NCBI GenBank assembly: GCA_024231025.1
Contig: JAAEQW010000120.1
Span: 2,324-66,323 of the forward strand
DNA from: Candidatus Omnitrophota bacterium
Lineage (GTDB): Bacteria > Omnitrophota > Gorgyraeia > Duberdicusellales > 4484-171
Length of the DNA: 64,000 bases
Reading direction: 5' to 3'
A model generated the notes under the pieces. It saw only the letters and a list, made by a program, of their open reading frames with translations. It was not told the origin of the DNA and searched no databases. The position numbers and the translations under genes were made by a program. This document shows, piece by piece, positions 55,449 to 64,000 of the stretch (the first letter of the stretch is position 1; every line of letters starts with the position of its first letter).

Positions 55449-57622
55449 ACAAAAATTTCACGTCCTTCTTTAGTATAACCTAAAACCATATCGCTTATCT
55501 CCCCCCTGGTCATCCAAGTTGGCGGACGTACGCCTTGAACGAAACTATCTCTTACTGCTGTTCCTGAAATTGACTTTTTTTGTTCATCAATATGCGTACA
55601 TTGTGCAACATAATTATCGCAGGCTGGGCAAAATTTAATCTCATCAAACATTACAGGAATAATCCCAATATCACCTAAATCATAAAATAGCTGTTGTGAC
55701 GCGGTAGGCGGATAAAATTTACCCACTCCAGTATGGTCACGACCAATAATAAAATGGCTACAGCCAAAGTTTTTTCGGCAAAGAGCAGTGAATACTGCCT
55801 CTCTTGCCCCCGAATAACGAGAATAGGTAGCAAAAGCTCCGATAAACGCCTTATCGGGAGGTAAGAAGCCGCCGTCTAACATAACCTGATACCCCTTAAG
55901 TAAGACATCAGAAGCAAAGTCACCCTTCTTTTTCTCACCGATAACCGGACTCACCAATAAGCCATCACAGTGGGTCCTTTCTAAGGCAATTTTCTGTAAA
56001 GCTTCATGGCCGCGATGAACAACATTACGAGTATGAAACCCCACTACACGACTCCACCCCTTACTATCAAAAATATGGCGCAGCTCTTGAGGCGTAAAGT
56101 TATATATTTTATGAGCACAACGCCTTTTCCTAACCAATGTTACTTCTCCCCCTATGAAACAATCCCCTTTAGCTTTTAAACCAATCACTCCAGGATGGGT
56201 TTGGTCCAATGTGCCAAACCATCTTTTACATACCGATTCAAAAGGAAACTTATAGATATCAGTTATTTTAAGAGTAGCGTAAACCTCCTTATCAACTTTG
56301 TTTGATAAAGCAATCATCTGTCCGGCTGTTAGCCCAACAAGATCTGCACTGTGCTGCTGTAAAACTATCGGTAAGGTCCATATCGCTCCATCAACCAACT
56401 TGTAGGTGTCCAAAACTGAATCGATTTGGATTCGATCCATAAACCCCTCTAAAGGAGAATATGTCCCTACGGCTATTTGCTCGCAATCCATGATCGCCGC
56501 ATCGCTGACTTCCAACATGCGAAAACTATTAACCATTCCCCAATCAGGGTCCTTGTCCCAACGTTGCACTAGTTCTCCTCCGTGAGGCTCAACCAAAAGA
56601 GAGCCTACAGAAGTTGAACTTTGAGTCAAATCCTGCTTTTGGGAGAGATTAAATTGATTAATTAATCTGACCACCATCGAAGCTGCCTGAACAGGGCGCT
56701 TGCCAATGGCGGTTTCCGCCGCTAAAACTAATCCATCCGCACCCATCGCTAGAGAATTAATCACATCATGCACCTCAGCTCGAGTAGGAGTAGCTTTTTC
56801 AATCATTGATTCAAGAAGATTGGTCGCGATATAAACCGGTTTTCCAACCTGATTGGCACGAGAAACGATTTTTTTCTGATAAAAAGGTACCTGTTCTATT
56901 TTAATCTCTCGAGATAGATCCCCTCGATCAATTAAAATAGCATCGGTGACAGAAAGAATATCATCTAAATTCTTATACCCCCGCTGACTCTCTATCTTAG
57001 AAATAATAAAAGCCTTGCCCTGAGTGAGGCGACGCATAGTTTCAACATCTTTCTTAGTATTAGCAAAAGAAAGAGCATAATGTTTAATATCCAGCTTATT
57101 GCCGATTTCAATTGCCTCAATATCCTTTTGTGTAAAAGCTGGTAGCTCTATCTGGCGCAAAGAAGTAACTGCTTTATTACTACCTACCCAGCCACTAGAT
57201 ATCACCCTGGCCCGGATAATACCTGACTCTATAGAAATAACTCTAATTAAGGCTGAATCAAAATCAATACTCAACAAATCACCTTCGGCTAACTGATCAA
57301 TGATAAAAGCCGGATAAAGCGGTATGTTATCTAAGCTATCTGCTCGGCTATTACCCAGCACTATTTTTTGATTGGCTTTTAGAAATTTTTCTTTCACTCC
57401 AATAAAACCAGTTCTTATCTGGGCTCCTTCACTATCAAGGCATATCGAAACGCTGCTGTAACGACGGATAAAATTAACACGATCCTCTATATCATCTAAT
57501 TTAGTATGCGATAAGTTAATACGAAATAAACTTACCCCCACCTCTTCTAGACGAACTATTGTTTTTTCATTAAATGATGCTGGGCCTAATGTGCATAATA
57601 TTTTCTTTTTACTTTTGATCAT
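55445..57622 (-). CDS. in-frame fusion protein: N-terminal pyruvate-kinase barrel domain + C-terminal ATP sulfurylase (sulfate adenylyltransferase), ~725 aa
   Basis: PK part: ILCTLGPAS, RINLSH, ICLDSEGAQIRTG, IISKIESQRG, ILIDRGDLS and YIATNLLESMIEKATPTRAEVHDV...LAAETAIG cover all PK barrel blocks, including the catalytic K/E/D/T positions, with no C-terminal allosteric domain. Sat part: LEVSDAAIMDCEQIAVGTYSPLEGFM, GAIWTLPIV, GFHTRNVVHRGHE and RYSGAREAVF...HFIIGRDHTGVG. The ORF is continuous. The ATG at 57622 was preferred over the TTG at 57658. Confidence 0.85.
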   Translation of the reverse strand: MIKSKKKILCTLGPASFNEKTIVRLEEVGVSLFRINLSHTKLDDIEDRVNFIRRYSSVSICLDSEGAQIRTGFIGVKEKFLKANQKIVLGNSRADSLDNIPLYPAFIIDQLAEGDLLSIDFDSALIRVISIESGIIRARVISSGWVGSNKAVTSLRQIELPAFTQKDIEAIEIGNKLDIKHYALSFANTKKDVETMRRLTQGKAFIISKIESQRGYKNLDDILSVTDAILIDRGDLSREIKIEQVPFYQKKIVSRANQVGKPVYIATNLLESMIEKATPTRAEVHDVINSLAMGADGLVLAAETAIGKRPVQAASMVVRLINQFNLSQKQDLTQSSTSVGSLLVEPHGGELVQRWDKDPDWGMVNSFRMLEVSDAAIMDCEQIAVGTYSPLEGFMDRIQIDSVLDTYKLVDGAIWTLPIVLQQHSADLVGLTAGQMIALSNKVDKEVYATLKITDIYKFPFESVCKRWFGTLDQTHPGVIGLKAKGDCFIGGEVTLVRKRRCAHKIYNFTPQELRHIFDSKGWSRVVGFHTRNVVHRGHEALQKIALERTHCDGLLVSPVIGEKKKGDFASDVLLKGYQVMLDGGFLPPDKAFIGAFATYSRYSGAREAVFTALCRKNFGCSHFIIGRDHTGVGKFYPPTASQQLFYDLGDIGIIPVMFDEIKFCPACDNYVAQCTHIDEQKKSISGTAVRDSFVQGVRPPTWMTRGEISDMVLGYTKEGREIFV

Positions 57623-57638
57623 ATGTAGCCTGCCTTTA

Positions 57639-58838
57639 TTACAATTGTTCTTTACCAAGCACTGGTTGCAAAAATTGCTTCCCAGATATTACACGTAAAT
57701 AATACTTAAAAAATAGTTTAACCCTTAACAGATACCAAATAACATTTGTAATAATAACTTTAAATTTAGATTTTTTCAAATTGTTCCAAATGTACTGAGG
57801 AGAAAAAAATCTTAGCTCAAAACTTAATGGGAGCAAAATCAAAAACGGAACCAAAAATATATCAAAAATACCTATCTTTTTGAGAGAATAACCATAAAAA
57901 ACAAGCCGATTGTTCATAATGCAATTAAGCACGGACTTATCGTGCCAGGATAATTTTTTCTCCCAATTATTAACCAATGCTTTTGCCGACCACCCTTTAT
58001 CCTTATGTTTTGCGGTAGAAAGGGCATCCCCGTGCCACGTTAACCCAGCCCATGTCGATCTTTTTAGGCAATCATTATGAGAAATACCTAGCCATTGACA
58101 CAAACCGTTTAATACCTTGTCGTTTCCCATATCCTCTAATTTAATTGCACAATATTCGTGATTAAGCCTCTCCAAAGCTTCCACATCCGCTAAGATTCTT
58201 CTTATATAGAAATATAAGAATGCTTCGTTGTCTTTTAGCAAATCGAATTTACGCCAATGTAAAATTCCTGATACAAAATTTGCCCGAGGGTCTCTGGTTG
58301 TGCAGATAATCTTACTGGTAGGAAAATCATCCATCAGCAAATCTAAACGATCAAAACCATGTTCATGATGGAAAATAATCTTTTTGCTCTCAATATCCTG
58401 ACCTAATACAATTGCATAAGCCCCGTAAATAGCCACAAAAATAGTTTTCAAATCAAGTCTTCTGTCAACTAATAGTTGGACAAATATTTCTTTGAAGCAA
58501 GAAATATCAATATCAATGGATTTATTGCGTCCATCACCCAGCTTATTCTTTCGCTCAAATAAATCATACCTGGACTTAAACCGTTCAATAAAAAACCCGA
58601 CGAACTCATCAATAAAATCTCTAGAATCAAATTCTCCAGCCTTAACACACACCGATCTGGCCCAAAAATCATGGAATAAAAGCGACCCGTTAAAAGTAGC
58701 AACCTCTGGATGTGAATCAAGTAAACTCTGCAAGAGATCGCTGCCGGTTCTTCCGGTTGTCACTAATATATATACCGGTAAACCCAAAAGCTTTTCCATT
58801 ATTAATGCACTATCCTTTAATTTCTCATCAGTTACCAT
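57639..58838 (-). CDS. PAPS-dependent sulfotransferase with C-terminal membrane anchor, 399 aa
   Basis: The 5'-PSB-like motif YILVTTGRTGSDLLQSLL and the 3'-PB-like motif ICTTRDPRANFVSG are present. A C-terminal hydrophobic stretch reads IFDIFLVPFLILLPLSF. Confidence 0.7.
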   Translation of the reverse strand: MVTDEKLKDSALIMEKLLGLPVYILVTTGRTGSDLLQSLLDSHPEVATFNGSLLFHDFWARSVCVKAGEFDSRDFIDEFVGFFIERFKSRYDLFERKNKLGDGRNKSIDIDISCFKEIFVQLLVDRRLDLKTIFVAIYGAYAIVLGQDIESKKIIFHHEHGFDRLDLLMDDFPTSKIICTTRDPRANFVSGILHWRKFDLLKDNEAFLYFYIRRILADVEALERLNHEYCAIKLEDMGNDKVLNGLCQWLGISHNDCLKRSTWAGLTWHGDALSTAKHKDKGWSAKALVNNWEKKLSWHDKSVLNCIMNNRLVFYGYSLKKIGIFDIFLVPFLILLPLSFELRFFSPQYIWNNLKKSKFKVIITNVIWYLLRVKLFFKYYLRVISGKQFLQPVLGKEQL

Positions 58839-58888
58839 TGTTTACACATCCTTGCCTATTTTTCTAATCATAACAAAATGACAAATGC

Positions 58889-59887
58889 CTACTCATCGTC
58901 AATATTTCCAATTTTGCGATCGCTATCAGCCCATCCCAAAAAAGATGACACATAAACGATATCTAATAGCCTTTTAAAAAGCCTATAGCCTTTTTTAAAC
59001 AACCAAAATCTTAGAATTCTGTTTTTCTTGGCAGCTTGAGCAATAATTTTTAAATATTCTCTACTCTCTGCATCACTTAAAAGACCTTCTTTCTTAGCCA
59101 AATCAACAATACCACCAGCATAATCATATACCCCGTACACTAAACAAGTAACAATAGATTTGCGAAGCTTATCTTTTGCATAAGCCAGATCATTCAACTT
59201 TTTTAAATATTTAATCCAAATATCTACATGCTTAAAGTATAGCGCATCACCAAAGACTAGTTGCCCTTTACCGCCGTAATTAAAAAAAGTTTTCCTCTTC
59301 CAGTATTGCCTTCTAATATCAATAAGGGTAAAACCTTTTTCATCTAAAAATCCATCTACATCTCTAAAAACGGGCTGGTCTGTATACAATTTGAGAAATT
59401 CTACCTCGCACTGTATGCCAAAAGTATGACTCAAGCACTCTTCTGCTCCACCCTTTAGAATAAAAAGCTCCGTTCCCTGGGTATCCAATTTAATAAAATC
59501 AGCGTCTTCTAATACATTCTCGGAAAAGAGCTTATCCAGAGTGGTTATCTTATGCTCCGGAATATCTACAGTACTAATAACTTTAAATCTTTCTACCTGA
59601 GGATAATCTTCCAACACATCAAAATTAGGCCTAAGGCAAGACGACTTTCCGGACTCCTGAGAAACATAATATTTTTGCTTAACCACATTTTCATAAAGAG
59701 CATAATTAAGATACACGACTTGATCGGTCGACTTTAATTTCGTAAACTCTCTATCATCTGGTTCAAACGCAATGACCTTCATCCGCTTCGATATAACATC
59801 CCACTTTGTAGCAATTCCCCCCATAGAACCGACATCAATCAAGATATAGTGTCCCTCCAACAATTCTTCTATTAGTTTTTTCATCAC
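58889..59887 (-). CDS. FkbM-family SAM methyltransferase, 332 aa
   Basis: YILIDVGSMGGIATKW...KVIAFEPDDREF resembles the FkbM (Methyltransf_21) hhDVGAN.G...AFEP core. Confidence 0.55.
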   Translation of the reverse strand: MMKKLIEELLEGHYILIDVGSMGGIATKWDVISKRMKVIAFEPDDREFTKLKSTDQVVYLNYALYENVVKQKYYVSQESGKSSCLRPNFDVLEDYPQVERFKVISTVDIPEHKITTLDKLFSENVLEDADFIKLDTQGTELFILKGGAEECLSHTFGIQCEVEFLKLYTDQPVFRDVDGFLDEKGFTLIDIRRQYWKRKTFFNYGGKGQLVFGDALYFKHVDIWIKYLKKLNDLAYAKDKLRKSIVTCLVYGVYDYAGGIVDLAKKEGLLSDAESREYLKIIAQAAKKNRILRFWLFKKGYRLFKRLLDIVYVSSFLGWADSDRKIGNIDDE

Positions 59888-59915
59888 ATCCTACTTTCTA
59901 ATACTAGTATATAAA

Positions 59916-60677
59916 TTACCAGGCGCTCCATCCACCATCAACATTCAAAACTTCACCTGTAACATAGCTTGAATTATCTGTCGCCAAAAAAAGACAAGCA
60001 TTGGCTACATCACGCGATTTACCCCATTTTTTCTGAGGCGTTCTATCTAATGTAAATTGATAGAGATCATTTTTTTTCTGAAAACTTTCCGTGTAAGACG
60101 TCTCACAAAATCCAGGAGCGATAACGTTAACATTTATATTATAGCTGGCCCACTCTAACGCTAAACATTTTGTTAAAGATATCATGCCCCCTTTTGATGC
60201 ACCGTAAACAGAAAGATCCGGAAGCCCTAAAGTACCTACAATAGAGGCGATATTAACTATTTTACCGCACCCTTTGTTAACCATATGTTTCCCTGCTTCA
60301 CGACAAAAAAAGTATACACTATCTAAATTATTAGCCATTACCCCTTGCCAGTCTTGGGTAGTTGTATCAAGGAATTTCTTTCTAAAACGCATACCGGCAT
60401 TATTTATAAGCACATCTATACAACCAAACTTATCTACGGTTTTTACGATAAAATCTTTTACCGAAACCTCGCAAGACACATCCCCTTGGAACAACAATAT
60501 TTTATCCTCATCTAAGCTAACTTCTTTCTTTAAGGAAGAAAAATCATTTGAGTCGCGAGTAATAAGCGCTAATCTTGCTCCTTGTTCATAAAAAAGTTTT
60601 GCAACCTCTCTTCCTATTCCTTTACCAGCTCCGGTAACAACACAAACCTTATCTTTTAGTAAAAATTGATTTTGCAT
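59916..60677 (-). CDS. classical SDR oxidoreductase, 253 aa
   Basis: VCVVTGAGKGIGREVA, NIAS...YGASK. Confidence 0.85.
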   Translation of the reverse strand: MQNQFLLKDKVCVVTGAGKGIGREVAKLFYEQGARLALITRDSNDFSSLKKEVSLDEDKILLFQGDVSCEVSVKDFIVKTVDKFGCIDVLINNAGMRFRKKFLDTTTQDWQGVMANNLDSVYFFCREAGKHMVNKGCGKIVNIASIVGTLGLPDLSVYGASKGGMISLTKCLALEWASYNINVNVIAPGFCETSYTESFQKKNDLYQFTLDRTPQKKWGKSRDVANACLFLATDNSSYVTGEVLNVDGGWSAW

Positions 60678-60678
60678 T

Positions 60679-61857
60679 TTAACTCCTTATAAGATAATTA
60701 AATGCCTGGGCAACCAGATCATCGGAAACATCACCATAGACCCCGCATTCTCCTATCACCTGCGGCAAAACAAATCGTAACTGACTATTTTTTTTCTTTT
60801 TGTCTTTATAAACATTCCTCACGCATTCATCAATAAGATCTTGTCGCCGAAAATTTATTGCCTTTGAATCAACCCTTGTCGGAAGACCATATTTTTTAAG
60901 TATTGCCTCATGTTCGCGCAAAATATTATCTGACTTGCCAAAATATTTAACAGCAATATACGCCGCACCAATCATCCCAATAGAAACACCCTCTCCATGA
61001 CGATAAGTCTCAGACAAAACATCAGTTGATATCTCTACAGAATGACCCAATGTATGTCCATAATTCAACCTTAATCTTTTCCCTTGCTCTCTTACATCAC
61101 CCGATACATGGTCAAGCTTTATTTCAATGGCACGAGACATAATATACAACAACGCATCCTGTTGGCGACTTAATACTTTTTCTGAGTTAACATCAAGATA
61201 CGCAAAGAGCTCTTTATCCGCAATAACTGCACATTTTATTATTTCTGCCAAGCCTGACCTAAAATCTCGATCGGACAAAGATTTAATAAAATCAAAATCA
61301 ATCACATCAAGCATGGGATGATAATAATTGCCTATAGCATTAATTGTTTTTCTGAAATTTATAGCTACCTTTCCTCCAATAGAGCTGTCAATCATCGCCA
61401 TTAGAGTAGTCGGAATGCTAATAAAATTAACTCCCCTCAGGTAAGTGCTTGCTACAAAACCAACCAAATCACCAATAACTCCGCCACCAAAAGCAATAAT
61501 TGTAGAATCACGCGAAAAGCCCTTTATTTCAAGAAACTCATAAAGGCCAATTGCACTAATGATAGTTTTGTTATGCTTACCCGACTTTAAAAGGTGGGTA
61601 TGCACTTGATATTGAGCACAAGTTAAGGCATCTTGAACCTTACCTTTAACTAAATCTTCAAAATAAGGATCAAAAACAATAAGAACTTTTTTATTCTTTG
61701 TTTTCGAGTTTAGATTCTCTATGAGGCTATCCGGTAACAGATCTCGACCCAGAAGTATATTATAGCAAGAACTGTCCAATTTAACTTCATAATTATTATA
61801 CATCACATTGCTCTTCATTATCTTTCTCCTATACCGCAAAAAGTCCGGTATCAACAA
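60679..61857 (-). CDS. 3-dehydroquinate-synthase-like (DHQS family) sugar-phosphate cyclase/oxidoreductase, 392 aa
   Basis: GGGVIGDLVGFVASTYLRGVNFISIPTTLMAMIDSSIGGKVAINF and LNYGHTLGHSVE match the AroB/sedoheptulose-7-P cyclase metal and NAD binding blocks. The true substrate cannot be decided by eye. Confidence 0.75.
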   Translation of the reverse strand: MLIPDFLRYRRKIMKSNVMYNNYEVKLDSSCYNILLGRDLLPDSLIENLNSKTKNKKVLIVFDPYFEDLVKGKVQDALTCAQYQVHTHLLKSGKHNKTIISAIGLYEFLEIKGFSRDSTIIAFGGGVIGDLVGFVASTYLRGVNFISIPTTLMAMIDSSIGGKVAINFRKTINAIGNYYHPMLDVIDFDFIKSLSDRDFRSGLAEIIKCAVIADKELFAYLDVNSEKVLSRQQDALLYIMSRAIEIKLDHVSGDVREQGKRLRLNYGHTLGHSVEISTDVLSETYRHGEGVSIGMIGAAYIAVKYFGKSDNILREHEAILKKYGLPTRVDSKAINFRRQDLIDECVRNVYKDKKKKNSQLRFVLPQVIGECGVYGDVSDDLVAQAFNYLIRS

Positions 61858-62491
61858 TTAGCTCCGCAATCTTAAAATCTTCAGGGGTATCGATGTCATG
61901 CCCCTCAAAATGGTTAATATTCTTAACGTAAGGTCGAGTTGAAATTCTTTGCCCTGTCTTCTCGAAAACCTCTCTCTTAAACACATACAAACTTGACTGT
62001 TCCGCGACCACCGGATCTATATCCTGAGTGCGCGGGGTTGGCTTATCAAGAGAATAATTCAAAGGCTTACCGTTAAACCAGCAAAACTTGTTTATTGCAT
62101 AAGCGGTAAAGCTTGAGTCGTATTCATCAGAATTAACTCTGCCCAAACAATCAACAATAGTTTCAGGCTTCAAAAAGGGTGATGTAATATGTAAAAGAAC
62201 TACTGTGTCCGCGCTATCCAATTTTAAAAATTCTCTTATCAGGTCTTGAATCGTTGTATTTTGATCATCAAGGGTATCCGGCCGCTTTAAAAATTTATAT
62301 TTTAGCCCAGGCTGAATATGTTCACAAATAGATGGCTCGGAAGCAAAAATTACAACCTCATCAATATCCGAAACTTTGTTTAAAGCACGCACTGTATAGT
62401 TCACCAAAGGCACTCCTCCCAACTCTTTTATATTCTTAGAAGGCAAACGCTGACTGTTAAGCCTCGACGGTATAAACCCCACTGTTCTCAT
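61829..62491 (-). CDS. acylneuraminate/ulosonic-acid cytidylyltransferase (NeuA/PseF-like CTP_transf_3), 220 aa
   Basis: VGFIPSRLNSQRLPSKNI matches the I-P-A-R-x-x-S-x-R-x-P-x-K-N motif of CMP-NeuAc/CMP-Kdo synthetases. Confidence 0.7.
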   Translation of the reverse strand: MRTVGFIPSRLNSQRLPSKNIKELGGVPLVNYTVRALNKVSDIDEVVIFASEPSICEHIQPGLKYKFLKRPDTLDDQNTTIQDLIREFLKLDSADTVVLLHITSPFLKPETIVDCLGRVNSDEYDSSFTAYAINKFCWFNGKPLNYSLDKPTPRTQDIDPVVAEQSSLYVFKREVFEKTGQRISTRPYVKNINHFEGHDIDTPEDFKIAELIVDTGLFAV

Positions 62492-62503
62492 AGCTTGTCC
62501 TCC

Positions 62504-63964
62504 CTATTGCAAAGATTTTCTGATAAAATTATAAAAATTACTACTGTTGTCTTCCTCATATCTAAATCGACTAACATCGATATCTTTTTTCTTGATGCCT
62601 TTGAGCCTGCTTAACATAAAATTTATAGCGTCATAAGACTTATCCTTGCTATTCACATAACAAACAGGAAAGATATCGGGTGATTGATAATTATTAAACA
62701 CTCCAGTCTTAAAATGATTGTACCTATCCCATTTATCATAGAGCAATACCGGTATTCTATTTATCAATGCCTCATCGATAACCGTAGATGAATAGCTTAT
62801 TAACATATCTGAAGCTGAAAGAACATCCTCAAATTTTCCTAATCTGCTTATACTGTACTTACTTGACTCTGGTAAAAATAATTTCATCTCCTCGTCACTT
62901 AAATCAAAGCCGGGATGCACTCTTATGATTAATTTGGTGTTATCCATTTTGTTTATCGCACCAACCACATCAGCTAGCCCCGATAAATATTCATCCACTG
63001 TCTCTAGAAAATAAAATCTTTCAGACCCTATGGGCTTAACTGTCGTAGCGTGGAGAATCACTTGTTCATCCGGCAAAAAACTTAAGTGAGCCTTCTTTGT
63101 AAACTTATCTGTTTCAGTTATATCAGCAAAAATGAGTGGGGCCGTTAACACCTCTTTATTTTTTATCCATTCATACTTGTTCTTGAAATATCGAAAATGC
63201 TCTTGCTGCACAGGAGTGCTCAGAGCTACATGACTATAATCTCCAAGCATAAAACCTCTACACAGATTAAAAATCGATATCTCATGATACTGATTAATTG
63301 GCATAGGATGAGTGCCATGAGAGATAAATAAAGATGGCCTGTCAAGTTTAGGCAGCAACTCAGCGGCAACATACCACAATCCTCTACCAAATGGCGATAT
63401 CAACAGAACAATATTAAATTTCTGAGTCAAAGCTTTAAACTTATAGGACCACTCTACCATCTGACGAAGACGCCCCACAAAAACACTCCTCTTTTGGTCC
63501 ATAACTTGTTTAACGTTAACTCCATTATAGGTAAAGACACTTTCGCATTCGTCATCAAATAATTTTTCTAGACTTTTGGTAACGCCGGCTTGGTCTATTG
63601 AGCTATCCCGACTTTGCACAAAGTTAATATCTATAAAAAAGACACCTGAAAATAATCCCCATATTAACCCACCATATCTCTGATACCACTTCAATCGCTT
63701 ATCATCTTTAAGAATTAAGAAGCTACTATGTGAGTTTTTAAATTTAACCTTATCTACCAATACTTTGAATCCATAGCTTAACGTAGGTAGCACAACCAGA
63801 ACCTTATTGAAAACTTTTAAGTACGCCTTTAATAAATCCAAAGAAAAATTATACATCGCCGACGCGTTCTCTTGCGTTCCGGTAAATCCTTTTTTCGCGC
63901 ACTCTTGGGAGTCCCCAAAATAATGAAATTTGATCTTATGCTTATCCGCGAACTTCTTTACCAA
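62504..63964 (-). CDS. GT-B-fold TagF/KpsC-like transferase (paralogue of 44481-45917), 486 aa; the upstream region runs to the window edge
   Basis: IIRVHP...DMLISYSSTVIDEALINRIPVLLYD resembles the TagF HP and ITDYSS motifs. Confidence 0.35.
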   Translation of the reverse strand: MVKKFADKHKIKFHYFGDSQECAKKGFTGTQENASAMYNFSLDLLKAYLKVFNKVLVVLPTLSYGFKVLVDKVKFKNSHSSFLILKDDKRLKWYQRYGGLIWGLFSGVFFIDINFVQSRDSSIDQAGVTKSLEKLFDDECESVFTYNGVNVKQVMDQKRSVFVGRLRQMVEWSYKFKALTQKFNIVLLISPFGRGLWYVAAELLPKLDRPSLFISHGTHPMPINQYHEISIFNLCRGFMLGDYSHVALSTPVQQEHFRYFKNKYEWIKNKEVLTAPLIFADITETDKFTKKAHLSFLPDEQVILHATTVKPIGSERFYFLETVDEYLSGLADVVGAINKMDNTKLIIRVHPGFDLSDEEMKLFLPESSKYSISRLGKFEDVLSASDMLISYSSTVIDEALINRIPVLLYDKWDRYNHFKTGVFNNYQSPDIFPVCYVNSKDKSYDAINFMLSRLKGIKKKDIDVSRFRYEEDNSSNFYNFIRKSLQ

Positions 63965-64000
63965 CAGCCCCGTAGATATTGCACCAAATATAGAGCCTTT

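Overview
This is an AT-rich bacterial window with GGAGG-type ribosome-binding sites, very tight gene packing and one giant gene. That pattern resembles uncultivated lineages such as Omnitrophota-type genomes, but this is inference only and no search was run.

Layout, from the left edge:
(1) 1-1.7 kb holds the 3' end of a GH94-like phosphorylase gene, a NifU-like Fe-S protein gene (minus strand) and a CinA/PncC-like gene (plus strand, apparently leaderless).
(2) 1.7-17.5 kb, minus strand, is a single ~15.8-kb gene for a ~5,276-aa secreted multi-domain surface protein. It has a Sec signal peptide, a FecR-like N-domain and helical repeats, then at least 13 near-identical tandem ~93-aa modules marked by I/MPDPP and IEDDRGM motifs, then FN3 domains and D-rich Ca-binding-like loops. 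A small membrane-protein gene is translationally coupled at its 3' end. Upstream sit an HTH_17 regulator gene and a terminator-like hairpin inside the 5' leader.
(3) 17.9-25.9 kb starts with a divergent region containing three perfect 10-bp direct repeats and a strong sigma70-like promoter. It drives a plus-strand operon for a TPR plus beta-barrel outer-membrane protein, a TPR-FN3 lipoprotein and a CHASE2 class III adenylate cyclase. A secreted protein gene and two stand-alone cNMP-binding protein genes follow on the minus strand.
(4) 25.9-64 kb is a ~38-kb co-directional minus-strand glycan biosynthesis super-operon of at least 37 genes.
- It encodes Wzy/ligase-like membrane proteins, a WecA-type initiating transferase, a CapD dehydratase, GT2/GT4 transferases (one synthase-like with an RW motif) and two TagF/KpsC-like GT-B proteins.
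- It has two tandem B12-radical-SAM enzymes and several methyltransferases.
- A CDP-hexose (or NDP-heptose) C-methyl, epimerase and reductase module is present.
- A sedoheptulose-7-P-centred module is present: transaldolase/FSA, GmhA-like SIS isomerase, DHQS-like cyclase, HpcH aldolase, HAD phosphatase, two CMP-type cytidylyltransferases and a D-2-hydroxyacid dehydrogenase, with no KdsA/NeuB-type synthase visible.
- A PAPS/sulfation module is present in which ATP sulfurylase is fused in frame to a pyruvate-kinase barrel domain, next to APS kinase and a sulfotransferase.
- An IS200-like Y1-transposase::DnaA_C fusion protein is embedded without repeat flanks.

No rRNA, tRNA or CRISPR array was seen.
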